A stretch of DNA of 56,220 nt, filler included, from Stramenopiles sp. TOSAG23-3 (taxonomy: Eukaryota), in assembly GCA_900128585.1 (NCBI GenBank). It is 6 parts of 6 records of this genome, joined end to end, with 100 filler letters (N's around TTAATTAATTAA, not from the genome) between each part and the next. Parts side by side here need not be neighbours in the genome. Positions count along the whole stretch, not along the records: positions 1 to 16,773 come from LT642479.1; positions 16,874 to 33,628 come from LT642480.1; 4 more parts are not named here. One strand, written 5' to 3'. The translations under genes were made by a program, and so were the position numbers. Under the pieces are notes generated by a model. That model saw only the letters and a list, made by a program, of their open reading frames with translations. It was not told the origin of the DNA and made no database searches. Shown in pieces: positions 11,011-21,518 of this stretch (position 1 is the stretch's first letter; each line of letters begins with the position of its first letter).

Positions 11011-11351
11011 TTATTAATAATAAATACTTCTTCTTCGTCCTTTCTTTCTTTCACAGAAGGAGGAGGAAGGAACGATGATTGATTGTTAAACAAAACAAAT
11101 GAAATGCTGCTCGCTCGCAAGAATAATAATTACAAAAGTTTAATTAAAGTGTGTTCTTCTTTTCATTTCTATTTCTATTTTCTAAAGAAGAAGTTGATTA
11201 ATATTTGATAAATTTTATTCCGTTTGTGTATACGTTGTTTGAGTTCTGAAGAGTTGCCCCTCCCTCTGTCTTGCTCTTTTTGTGTTTGTTCCTGTGCGTG
11301 TGTGGAACAACCGTCCCCCTCACCAGTTAATTAGTAACCCTCCCTCGAACG

Positions 11352-12017
11352 ATGTGCCGTTTCATGGGAAAGTCGCTCTTTCAAATCTTGAATTTGGCAA
11401 TTTTCTTCGTATCCCTTGCAACGCTTATCTTTGGCGTGTACTGCTTGGCGAAGAACGGGCATTTCAACCCCTTTTCTTACACGACCATAGGACTCGGGTG
11501 TGTCCTCTCGGTCACCAGCGCGACCCTGCTCTCGCAAGGCTTCAAGTCCAAGTGCAAAGTAGGGCTGCACTTGTTTTTTCTTGCTGCCCTGCTAGTGGCC
11601 GAGTGCGCTGGCATCATCATGTACTACGATCAGGAGTGCATGGTCGAGGGGATGGTGTGCAAGGCCTGGCTGATTAAGCAAGTCCCGCACAACCTTCAAG
11701 ACGCAATCGAGTCCCATATGTTCATTGCAAGGTGGGTCCTCTTAGGGATTGGGGGGGCTCAAGCTGTCGCCTTCCTCCTCGGCCTGGCACTTTGCAGGGG
11801 TATCAAGAAGCGCCGTGGGAAAGGGGGGGCGTCCGAACGATTGCTCGAAACGGAGGATTTGGGCCGAGGCAGAAACTCGTACCAAACCTCCCGCCAAAGT
11901 GACGTTCCAGGGTCGTACGATGGGTTCCAGCAGCAGTCGAACATTCCAATAGCAACTTCTTACCGAATGAAGCACAAAGACCTGTACGAGAAGTACAACA
12001 TTCAGATGCAGAACTAA
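11352..12017 (+). CDS. Tetraspanin-like (TOM2A-like) four-TM membrane protein
   Basis: Four hydrophobic segments with tetraspanin-like spacing (LFQILNLAIFFVSLATLIFGVY, YTTIGLGCVLSV, LHLFFLAALLVAECAGIIM, WVLLGIGGAQAVAFLLGLAL). C-terminal SYRMKHKDLYEKYNI tail. Confidence 0.6.
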   Translation: MCRFMGKSLFQILNLAIFFVSLATLIFGVYCLAKNGHFNPFSYTTIGLGCVLSVTSATLLSQGFKSKCKVGLHLFFLAALLVAECAGIIMYYDQECMVEGMVCKAWLIKQVPHNLQDAIESHMFIARWVLLGIGGAQAVAFLLGLALCRGIKKRRGKGGASERLLETEDLGRGRNSYQTSRQSDVPGSYDGFQQQSNIPIATSYRMKHKDLYEKYNIQMQN

Positions 12018-12199
12018 GGGAGAGAGAAAGAAAGAAAGAACTACGAGAGGTAAAATAAGCACTCGTTAAGTGTAAAGTGAATCGTGCGAAAGAAAGCAGC
12101 CAAGCAAAAGGAACTCCGGGGTAGTGGGATCCGCCGACATTGTCGTCGACTATGTAAAACGATTCATTGGCTTGAGGAAAATTTTCACGTATGTTAAAT

Positions 12200-12381
12200 A
12201 CATGAAGGAACGTAAACCTATAATTGACACAAGGAGCAGATTCACATTCGCGGTACATTAAAAACAAGAAAATTGGCTGTTATTTAAGTAATTAAATTTA
12301 GCTACATTAAAAACAAAATTATCGCGGTACATTAAAGAGGATAAATTTTAATTGCTTGAGTAGCAGCCAGTACTTTGTTTT
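12200..12381. mobile_element. Cluster of 3'-end fragments of the dispersed AATAACAGCC repeat family, both orientations
   Basis: GAGCAGATTCACATTCGCGGTACAT, then the inverted terminus AAAACAAGAAAATTGGCTGTTATTTAAGTAATTAAA, then a further forward terminus. Confidence 0.7.
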
Positions 12382-12466
12382 TAAACATCTAAAAAATCCT
12401 AAGGCGTTCAGCGTTCAGGATGAGCATCACCAAAATCAAAATCGTGGCAGGGGCGTCGCTCCGTTA

Positions 12467-13345
12467 CTAATCGCCCATCATCTTTCTGGACAATTCTACG
12501 CCCAGGAACAGCGCCCCGTTGGCAGGGAACCCTCTCAGCACTGCGGGGGTCCACCCTTTCATGGACTTTCGAAACCCTTCTCGCTTCAGATCGAGCAGAA
12601 TGGCGCGGAACGACTTTGTGTCCTTGCCGCTGGAGAGCTGCTGCCGAGACTTGACGACGTCGAAGGGGAAGACAACGGACCACGCCACCATCCCTGCAAG
12701 ACCCCCTCCAAGAACGAAATGCACCGGGTTGACGTCCGCCAACGAGCTCGAGCTGGCCCCAAAGCAAACGCGAAAGTAGCCCTCGTACGCGCCGAAGAAG
12801 GACATGTAGAACGGAACATCCCGCGATATAATAGCTCCCAGGCCACGAAAGTACCCCAACGCCCCGTTCTCCAGGAACACTTGACGGATTGCGGACAGAA
12901 AGGACGGGCGGTTCCCTTGTTGGTGGCCAAGGGCTCCGGCGTTCAAGTTCAAGTTCGCCTGCATCCGGACCTTGATCACCTCTGCCGGGCATATCGCGGT
13001 GGCAGAAAAAATGCCGCTCACGCCCCCAACGACAGCCTCTTCGGCAAACGACAGGTTTCTGTCCTGCCCCCCCCCGTCTCGTTCCAGCACCATCCGTTTC
13101 AGCGCACCGTTCGCGGTAAAAACGACGGCGTTCTCTATCAACGCCGACGACAGTGCGGGCAGGGCACCTTTCCAAAACGCAAACACGCCCTCTTTCTGCA
13201 ACGTCAACGAAAAGGTATCGACCAACGTTTTGTTCGCAAAAGTCGTCTGCTGCCTGGTCTTCATCACATCCAAGGGAAGCCCGGCATATGTACAACATGC
13301 TCCCCCAATAAACCCAGACACAGAATCTTTTATGTTAATATTCAT
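12467..13345 (-). CDS. Mitochondrial carrier (SLC25; ornithine/carnitine-carrier-like)
   Basis: Three Px[DE]xxKxRxQ signatures (PLDVMKTRQQ, PAEVIKVRMQ, PFDVVKSRQQ), plus FWKG, YFRG and LRGFPANGALF. Likely start MNINIK at 13345. Confidence 0.92.
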   Translation of the reverse strand: MNINIKDSVSGFIGGACCTYAGLPLDVMKTRQQTTFANKTLVDTFSLTLQKEGVFAFWKGALPALSSALIENAVVFTANGALKRMVLERDGGGQDRNLSFAEEAVVGGVSGIFSATAICPAEVIKVRMQANLNLNAGALGHQQGNRPSFLSAIRQVFLENGALGYFRGLGAIISRDVPFYMSFFGAYEGYFRVCFGASSSSLADVNPVHFVLGGGLAGMVAWSVVFPFDVVKSRQQLSSGKDTKSFRAILLDLKREGFRKSMKGWTPAVLRGFPANGALFLGVELSRKMMGD

Positions 13346-13663
13346 CTCCCAAGCACGCACAAAAAAACAGCCCCAACCCTTCGCCCGATACAGCAGACAG
13401 ACAGACCGCCACCTCTCGTTCAACCAATACTTCTTCTCATCCAACACCACCAACAAAAATCAACAACAAACAATTTAAAAAAACAAAATAAAAAAACAAA
13501 TCCTACTCACTAAACCGAGAACATTTCTCGCTCTCTTCCTTGCTCTCTTGGTAACTTTCTTTTGTATTCTAATTGTTTCCTATAATATCTTATTTAAAGT
13601 GAGAAGAAGACAAATAAAAATTCAAAAAAGGTTTTTTTTTCCATCACATTTTTTTTTTTTTTT

Positions 13664-13900
13664 GAGAAAGAAGAAGAAGAAGAAGAAAGAAGAAAGAAGA
13701 AGAAAAGAAGAAGAAGAAGAAGAAGAAGAAGAAGAAGAAGAAGAAGAAAGAAGAAGAAGAAGAAGAAGAAGAAAGAAGAAGAAAAAAAATGAATCTTCTT
13801 CTTTTTGTATAATTCGTAATTTATAATTTTTTTGTGAAGAAGAAGAAAGAAGAAGAAGAACAAGAGGAGAATGAAGAATGAATGAATGAATGAATGAAGA
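13664..13900. repeat. (GAA)n microsatellite tract with flanking poly-T and GAAT repeats
   Basis: Direct inspection. Confidence 0.9.
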
Positions 13901-14283
13901 AGGCTGCTCCGTTCGCTCTTATTACCTTCTTCTATCTTCTGGACTTCTTCTTTGCTTTACCATCATCATGGTATCACTATGTATTAATTATTATATGAGT
14001 TCTTGGGATTTTTATTATTATTATTATTTTTTATTATATCTCTTCTTCTTCTTCTTCCAAATTGAATTATTTTAATGCAATGTCATATACGAATTTAATA
14101 GTAATAGTAGATAAAGAAAAGGGAAAGGAAAGGAGGAGGAAGAAAAAAAAGTTGGGGTGGGGTTACGATTGGTTGAGTTCGTTTTGGTTTTGTGTACGAT
14201 TGTATCGACTACGTTTCATACGGTAAAGTTGCACGTTCGTGTTCGTGCGCGCGTGTGTGAGTTTGTGCACGCCTCGAGTTGTT

Positions 14284-15785
14284 ATGGCTTCGTTGGCAGC
14301 GGCCGACGAGGGAGAGGAGGGAAGGGCGGAGTTGTCCGAATTTCTCCCGTTCGGCGGAAACTTTAGAAGTTTGGACCTTGAGAAAATGTGTGAGCGTTGG
14401 GCCGCGCTTCCTGACTTGCCATTGGAAGACGCGACGGAGGAAGAGACGGCCAAGGTAGAAGTTCTCCGGGCGGCTGTGATGAAAGCCAAAGGGCTGAGCG
14501 AGCCCCCGAGCGACTGGACCAAGCACCACTACCTGCGGGGCCAAATGCTTTGCTACTTGAGGGCCCGGGACGGTGACTTGAAATTGGCCACCGAGCGGGC
14601 GTTGGAGTGTATAGAGTACTTAAGCAACGTGTACAAAGGCGCGGTACAGTACGAATCGTACCCCCAGTCGAAGAGAGACCTGTGGGAGGCCAACTTTCCC
14701 CAAGGTCAGTTTGGAAAGGACAAGCGCGGCGCTTCGGTGCTGTATTTCAAGTACGGAAAGGCCGACCAGGGGGGCGTTGGTACGAAACCTTGGGTACGAA
14801 TTTTTCGTCGCCATGGACTGGAGGAGGGCGATGTACTACTGGGACACGTTGTTCCAGGAGGGCGTGGACCGGGGCGTGTTTCTCCAAGGGCGGTCGTGGG
14901 TGCTCGATTGCGAGGGGGTTTCGTACTCGAAGATCATGGGGTCCCGCTGGATCGCCCCGAAGCAGAAGGCAAACTTTCCGAGCGGGGAGCAGTAAGTATA
15001 TACCACACGTAGCTAACAGCACGACCGTCGTCGCGGTCGCTGTATTTCCTATCTCACGACTAACCAAACGCATGTTTTTTCCCAGCCCAATGCCGGAGGG
15101 CGTCAAGTACATCTTTGTCAGGAATGCCCCGTGGATCGTACAAAAAGGGTACCAGGTAAGTCTTTTCTCTCGCTGTTCTTTTTGCCCCTTCTGCTTTACC
15201 CCTTCGCCCGTTCGCTTCTGATCAGTCAGTGACTAACTTGTATTTTCACACATTCGATCGAAACAAAAGTGGCTCAAACGCTTTATCCCGGAACGGACGC
15301 AGAAGAAAATTTTCCTCTTCCAGAAGGACGAGGAAGACAAGTACATGGAGAGACTGCTCGCCGAAATCGATTCGGACCAAATCCCGGCATGTTTTGGGGG
15401 AACGTGCAAAGTCCCCTGGCCGTTCGGCGACGGTGGCGAAATTGTAGACGAAGGCGAGTACGAGACCATGCACGTGTCTAAATTGGAAGTGGCGAAGACC
15501 ACGGTCGCGCCGAAAACGACCTGCCTCGTGGAGGTGAAGGTTGTCAGCAGAGACATCAACCTGAAGATCGAGGTGGCGGGCGACGGCGCGGGGGGGGGTG
15601 ACACCACCGTGGTGGTGTGCGACAATGTCAAAGTCAAGAGCGTGGAGGGCTGGCGGTCGTTCCAGTACACCATGCCCGCGAACGCCGAGACGCACCGCAC
15701 GCTCTCGGTAACGTTCGACAATTCCTTCAGCTGGCTGCTTGGAAAAACGGTCCATTACCGTTTTCTAACGTTGGAGCAGCAGTAA
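14284..15785 (+). CDS. CRAL-TRIO (Sec14-like) plus GOLD-like domain protein. Introns 14992-15085 and 15156-15269; apparent 1-base frameshift in a G run near 14770.
   Basis: Motifs LCYLRARDGDL, FGKDKRGASVLY, WVLDCEGVS, HPMPEGVKYIFVRNAPW, WLKRFIPERTQKKI, IDSDQIPACFGGT, SVTFDNSFSWLLGKTVHY. Both introns start GTAAGT, contain an ACTAAC branch point, end CAG or AAG, and splice in frame. Confidence 0.8.
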
Positions 15786-15904
15786 AAAAACATTCTCGAC
15801 AGAAAATGTAGAAGAAGAATTGTAAAGTTTTGTTAATTTGATAGCTTGTATCGTCAATATTATATTATTTAATCATATGATAATCCTATATTATTATATT
15901 ATAC

Positions 15905-16302
15905 CAAAAAATTGGCTGTTATATTTATAATCTTCCTCCTCGTGTAATTCGTAATTCCAAACCCCTTCTTCGGAACTTTAAAAGCAAAATAATGTGGCTG
16001 TTATTTATAAGGAATCTTTAATGGACAAAAAAAGGAGCAGAGTAACTTTCGCGGTATGTGAAGAGAAGATAAATTTGTCCATAATCATTTTTTAAAACAA
16101 TTCTTATCATATATAAATCTTTATCACACGTACAAAATACAGACAACGAGCCCCTTTCCATTTATGCCGCTGTGTACTTTTTAAGACCAATCAATTGGAA
16201 TCTTGACCAGAACTTGGGGAGGATCTGCAATAGGAGGTATGTATTTCAGTTCTCAGTACACTAATTTTAACTACTGAAATAACAGCCAATTTTCTTGCTT
16301 TT
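15905..16302. mobile_element. Fragments of dispersed repeat families
   Basis: AAAATTGGCTGTTAT near 15907; GAGCAGAGTAACTTTCGCGGTA near 16035; TTGGAATCTTGACCAGAACTTGGGGAGGATCTGCAATAGGAGG near 16195; AAATAACAGCCAATTTTCTTG near 16277. Confidence 0.7.
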
Positions 16303-16415
16303 TAAAATACGTATGATATCATATTCTCCAAAGACTAAAATATTTAGTATCATAAGAGAGTAGACTCTCTCTATCTTATACCCACGCACAACTGTACAAC
16401 CCGGCACGCTCGTTT

Positions 16416-16773
16416 TTAAATGGCAATTCCCTGGGCGGCGAGCTGCTTCCTTCGTCTGGCCTCCTTCTCTCTCTCCTTCTTGAGCCGAATCTCTTCCTCT
16501 TCCTTTCGTCGCTTTTCCTCCTCCTCGAGTTTCTTCTCCGCAACGACGACGGCGATGGCGTCGAAGCCTCGCTGCAAGATAGTCATCTCGAACGTCGTGA
16601 GCTGGATAAAATTGTTAAAGTTGTAAATATGGTCCATGTACCCATGGATGTCGTCCTCCTCGTACGCCCTCGTGATGTCTTCCAAAAACTGACACTCGGC
16701 CATTGACCCGTACATAAAGTCCTGCTTTTTGTGCCGGCGCCGGATCCGACGGGCGTGCTCGGCGTCCCCTGCC
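16416..16773 (-). CDS. 3' fragment of a SNAP (soluble NSF attachment protein)-like gene, 5' end lost at the contig edge
   Basis: Frame is open to the contig edge. GDAEHARR...QDFMYGSMAECQFLEDITRAYEEDD...YNFNNFIQLTTFEMTIL resembles the alpha-SNAP C-terminus; charged coiled-coil tail. Confidence 0.55.
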
Positions 16774-16873
16774 NNNNNNNNNNNNNNNNNNNNNNNNNNN
16801 NNNNNNNNNNNNNNNNNTTAATTAATTAANNNNNNNNNNNNNNNNNNNNNNNNNNNNNNNNNNNNNNNNNNNN
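16774..16873. other. Artificial contig linker
   Basis: N44-TTAATTAATTAA-N44; the core gives stops in all six frames. Confidence 0.97.
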
Positions 16874-17017
16874 CTTGGGGAGGATCTGCAATAGGAGGAG
16901 ACATTGTTCTTGAACTGACACCTTTTTTTCTTTAATTTTAATTACTATAAAAAATAACAGCCAATTTTTCTTGTTTTATTATATCAGAATTAAAACATAC
17001 TATATATATTTTTTGGA

Positions 17018-17680
17018 ATGACATACACAGGAGATATAGTCGATGACGATGACACTTTTGGGAAGTTCACGCAACCAGATCTGCTGCTAGTTACAAACGG
17101 AATTTTACCAAGCGAGGAATTCCCGATTACAAGTAGGTCGAAGCCACGTCCCCTACACATGAACAGCTTCCCAAACCGAGACCGGCAGTTCCAAAGTTCA
17201 TTGCCCACTGCGCCGAAAACGAGCTAAAATATGAATTCTTTGATGTTCACTTCTCCCACAAAGACGAAAGCAGCTTGGAAACAAACGAGCGAATAAAAAG
17301 AAACGGCTACCAAAAAGCCTTTTAGGACTTTGCGGAGAAAGCCCAAAACCCAACCCATCGTCACCATCTTACCCTCCAGTTGATGAAGAGGCTCAACCAT
17401 ACTCGAGAAGGAGAGCCAAAGGTAACGCCCTTTGGAGTCAACATATACGGAGTTCTGAGCAAGGACGCACACATTCCCAGAAACCCCCCACTGCCTAAGC
17501 TACCTCAGTGCTCGTCAACAATGGATTGATTGGTATATCAGAGTAATTCAGAAGAACGTTAGCGAAGCAGTAGTAGCAGGAATCGAGGCAGGTTTTGCAC
17601 ACAGGGCCCGTCTAGCACAAGACTTAGTAGTCTCCCCACGCAACACCCTCAGGTCACCCCTCCAACGCCCGAATATTCAA
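17018..17680 (+). pseudogene. Degenerate restriction-like endonuclease (RLE) region of a CRE/NeSL-like non-LTR retrotransposon
   Basis: Read across frameshifts and stops: QPDLLLV ... YEFFDVHFSH ... ERIKRNGY ... PKVTPFGVNIYGVLSKDAH ... LSYLSARQQWIDW. This fits the PD..D..E..K..Y..PF....G RLE pattern and is homologous to ORF 27304. Confidence 0.5.
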
Positions 17681-18063
17681 ATTGACAAGTCAACATATAC
17701 ATATTCAGGCGGCGATGGAGAAAACTCGACACCAACAACACCGACCATACGGACACCGCAGAAGCCCATCTGAAAGAAAGCCCAGGGGACGAACCCAATG
17801 TCTACATGAGTGAGTACGAGCTGCAGAGACTTCGAAACATACGGGAAAATGAACAATACCTCCAAAGACTAATGGCCCCGAAAAGCCCGCGCCCGCTGGA
17901 AACCATTGGGAACAAGGGGAATCAACGGAAAGTGTCCCATAACAATTGCGGGATCCACACGATCTTCTACATCATGGGAAACTGCAGGTCCGGAACGCAA
18001 CTCGCCATGTCTCCCTCCCAAATCTAGACACACAGTATTCGAATAAGAGCGTGGCTCATCAAG

Positions 18064-18894
18064 ATGATCGTAGAAGGACTACCTGAAGGGACGTCATGGA
18101 CTCAGTCACTAACCGCACACATCCGCACGAATATGGCGGTGGAAAAATGGTTTCGATTGGAAAATTTCGTTGAACTCCAAAACTCGCCTGTAATAGACGC
18201 TATCTCGACTATATTCCCAGACCGATATCTAGCCGGGGATGCTATTCAACTGGCAGTAAAGTCGCTCAACCTCACAATTGGACCAGATGCATATTTGGCA
18301 GACGTCTTAGTGTCTCACCTCCCGGCAGAAAGGCTCCTGAGGATTATTAAGAAAAAGATAAACCAGTCTAGCAGAGACACATTTGACAAGATTTTGATAC
18401 CGATTAATGTGGAGTCCACCCACTGGTATTTAGGAGTGTTACAAAGACACCAGTCGGGTGAATATCAGTTACAGACACACAACAATTGCAGTGGCCTAAT
18501 AAATGAACAAGCAGAAAGCAATTTAAAAGCTGTAGGAAAAGCACTATCGCGTTTAGCACGGCAATCGGGTGTAACTGATACACCAATTAAATACGAACAC
18601 CGACGGAAGCTCAATCTTCTTGATGGTCATGGCAATAGTGAAATCTCAGTACAGGATGGCAGATCCGGACAATCTAAAAACAAATACAGTCGCTGCCCCC
18701 TTACGGAATTCACCAATAGCCAGGACGCAGAGAAATTCGAGTCCCAGTCTAATTCTCAGTCAAGCGAACCCGTAGATTACGGAACACAGCCAGAAGTGGA
18801 GGTACGTAGTTATGAGGATTATGATTGGGATCAAGAGTGTACGGTAAAATATCATAGGAATGATAATGNNNNNNTAGTCATAGTAATGAATTGA
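18064..18894 (+). pseudogene. Ulp1/SENP (C48)-like protease fragment, probably transposon-associated
   Basis: YLAGDAI and FDKILIPINVESTHWYLGVL (catalytic His motif). The expected Asp and the Q..DCG Cys motif are not evident. Confidence 0.55.
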
Positions 18895-19274
18895 TTTTAC
18901 AATTGGGATAATCTTGAGAGTCTTAAAACATACTATATAATTAGTTTTTTTTTTTATATATTTTTTTTTTCAGAATTAGGAGAGACATCGCGTTTATGCC
19001 CTGATAACATAGAGGCAATGCAAAAAAGGGCACGGGCGAAACGCACAGGTTGGGGGAGCCGAGCCAGCTCGGGCTGGAGAAGGTCGCCGAGTCGTACATC
19101 GGGGAGGTCGAGGCGCTCGAGCGTAGTCCTCATAGGCGACACCAAGCAGTTTCAGGAGGGCGCGGGTGACCTTAATCTGCCCTAGCTCGGCTTGAAGTTG
19201 ATGACGTCTCCGTGGGCATCCTGTAATGTCAGCATTCAGCATTGCATATAACTGTAGTCCCCTACACCAGGCCG

Positions 19275-21518
19275 TCATTCATCAAACACCGTGCCACCCA
19301 ACTGACCTAGAGTTTCGTTGACCAATTCACAAAAATCTTGTATGTATTGAACTGCCTCGGATTTTACTTTAATTTGAATGTTGCCGTTGGAGTTTACTAA
19401 AAATTCAAAAAAGAAGGAGTTTCCGAAATTATCCTTTCCGTACATAAAAGCTTTTATCCCACCATTGGGTTCGCCCGATGCCAGCGTGAAAATATGTTGC
19501 TTGTAAAATGTTTGTTCCAAGGTGCTCAAGGAAACCTTTCCAGGAATGATAGAGCCTTGAATATTTTGGACAACATCCATTTGGTTCCAGGAGTCCTGGA
19601 ATACATTTTGTTTCATTTCTATGTTTCCAACCAATGCCCACTTAAACTTTGAGTGGTAATTTTCCACAGTCACAGGGCTTTCATTTAACGATAAATCAGT
19701 AGTTTCATTGTTTTTTTTCGCGTTGGAAATTTCGCTTCCATTGCCATTAATCAACATTTTTGAATTAGTAAATTCTGCGGCTCGCTTTCCATAAACTAGG
19801 GATAATGTGTTAAATTCGCTGTGGGTCGTGCTCATATTATCATCGGGAAACCTCGGAACTTCGAGAATATCATTGCCCAGGATGTTCTGAAGCTGAGTTA
19901 CGCTGACTTGCAATGTACGGTAAATGTAAATTGCTCTGTCATGAAGCGCTGGCTCAACATCATCCGTTTCCAAAATTGAACGGAGCAAATACCCAAACAT
20001 ACATCTCATTTCTGGGGCCCGGCGAACAAATAGCTTTGCGCACGCGTTCAGCAGCTCAGTGGAAACACCGACGTCTTTTCCATGATCGACATGGCGTATA
20101 ACACGCTCAAGAGCATATGGTGACTCGGGTATAAGATGCCCATATTGACCAAGGATCCATATCAAAGACGCACGACTAGTAGATTCCTGGGGTTTCAACA
20201 GGTTTGAACACATTGCAGATCCAAATTCATTGATGCGATCAGGATATATTCGAAGCAGTCGCTTGATAACTACAGTGGAACCTGTCCTTACATAATTATT
20301 GTCAAGATCCATGAAATCCAACAATTGATCCATTATGTTGTCGACGCTTAGTGGTACCTGAATTGCAATTTCCCCCAAAGCTTCTAAAGCAAGAGTAGCA
20401 AGTTTGGAATCAACATCTGATACATATTCGCTCAATTCCGTTATAATATCATTTGAATTATTATTGGTTACGAGAAAAGGCAGCACTCTCATTTTTACGT
20501 GTTTTACATGGCTTGGATCATTAAAACGACAGTAGAATTGTTTGAATGACTCTGTGAAAGCATCCGGCGCCTGTTGTATAATTACTAAAAGGTGTTTTAA
20601 GACAGCGAAGCTAGTTTCTTCTCGAGAGTATCCTGATATCAAAGTTAGCAGTGGGTTTTTCAGTCGCAAATAAATCTGTTTCTTGATCCCTGAATCTACA
20701 TTAGTTGAAAGGGCCAGGAAACACTTGCACGCTCCTAAGACAACAGCGCTATGTGACGTTGACAGGGTTCTTTCAAGGACGTTCATAAGAGAAAATGACT
20801 CTTTCTGCGACCCAGGGGCATAATGCGCTAGCAAAGACAAAATCGTGCATTTGCCCCATCCGTCGAATTCCTGTATTCGTTGTAACAAATACACAATAAT
20901 TTGGTTATTTATAACAATTCCCCCTTCGTCAACCATGATTTCATTGAGAGCAACGATGCAATTTATTACGACGTGACAATCAGGGTCTCGAATCATATTA
21001 TAAAGTGTATTTACACTGTTACCAGTTCCAAAAGTGTTATCTTGAAGCCGGTACACCTTCAGAGTACCAAGGACAGCTGCCCTACGTACATAAGCAGACT
21101 GATCCTCCAGGCATAGAGCTAGTGGATCCATGACGTACTCAATGACGCTAGGTAAATGGAGATTGGTAAGGCTACGGAGGGCCAAACCCCGAACCATTGG
21201 GTCTGCGTCACTGCAGTCTTTTCTGAGAGTGTTAATTGCTAATATGGCCAAGTCCTCATTAGCCTGGGCATAATGGGCCAGAAAAAGATAGACCATTTTC
21301 TTTATGACGATCTCGGCACTATGGCACGCCATTACCATTTCGCTGAAAAGTTTTGAGACGTCGATCCCAAGTGTCATATACGCAATAACTTTTTTTATCA
21401 CGTCCTCCAGCTTCTGTTTATTCCTTCGTATTTGGATATTTCCAAGGAGTAGTCGTAGCTCATTAACTTCCCCTTTCCGCATTTCACTAAACGCCGGGGC
21501 CTTTTGTGCTTCTGCCAT
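19275..21518 (-). CDS. AP4B1: Adaptor protein complex beta subunit, AP-4 beta-like
   Basis: KKVIAYMTLGIDVSKLFSEM, KKMVYLFL, DPMVRGLALRSL, ITELSEYVSDVD, SLIWILGQYG, LHDRAIYIYR, EFNTLSLVYGK. 747 aa with a single C-terminal appendage platform. Confidence 0.85.
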   Translation of the reverse strand: MAEAQKAPAFSEMRKGEVNELRLLLGNIQIRRNKQKLEDVIKKVIAYMTLGIDVSKLFSEMVMACHSAEIVIKKMVYLFLAHYAQANEDLAILAINTLRKDCSDADPMVRGLALRSLTNLHLPSVIEYVMDPLALCLEDQSAYVRRAAVLGTLKVYRLQDNTFGTGNSVNTLYNMIRDPDCHVVINCIVALNEIMVDEGGIVINNQIIVYLLQRIQEFDGWGKCTILSLLAHYAPGSQKESFSLMNVLERTLSTSHSAVVLGACKCFLALSTNVDSGIKKQIYLRLKNPLLTLISGYSREETSFAVLKHLLVIIQQAPDAFTESFKQFYCRFNDPSHVKHVKMRVLPFLVTNNNSNDIITELSEYVSDVDSKLATLALEALGEIAIQVPLSVDNIMDQLLDFMDLDNNYVRTGSTVVIKRLLRIYPDRINEFGSAMCSNLLKPQESTSRASLIWILGQYGHLIPESPYALERVIRHVDHGKDVGVSTELLNACAKLFVRRAPEMRCMFGYLLRSILETDDVEPALHDRAIYIYRTLQVSVTQLQNILGNDILEVPRFPDDNMSTTHSEFNTLSLVYGKRAAEFTNSKMLINGNGSEISNAKKNNETTDLSLNESPVTVENYHSKFKWALVGNIEMKQNVFQDSWNQMDVVQNIQGSIIPGKVSLSTLEQTFYKQHIFTLASGEPNGGIKAFMYGKDNFGNSFFFEFLVNSNGNIQIKVKSEAVQYIQDFCELVNETLGQLGGTVFDE

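Noticed and set aside
10686..11120. Poly-Phe/Leu/Ser ORF, and similar ORFs at 13548-13863 and 7241-7510
   Set aside because: These are translations of GAA/TTC microsatellite or low-complexity DNA.
12356..13513. 385-aa plus-strand ORF, and other long antisense ORFs over 7700-9900 and 37800-38800
   Set aside because: Shadow frames of GC-rich real genes on the opposite strand or in another frame; no motifs.
18954..19278. GC-rich short ORFs just downstream of AP4B1
   Set aside because: No ATG-initiated coherent ORF or recognisable motif; could be UTR or a fragment.
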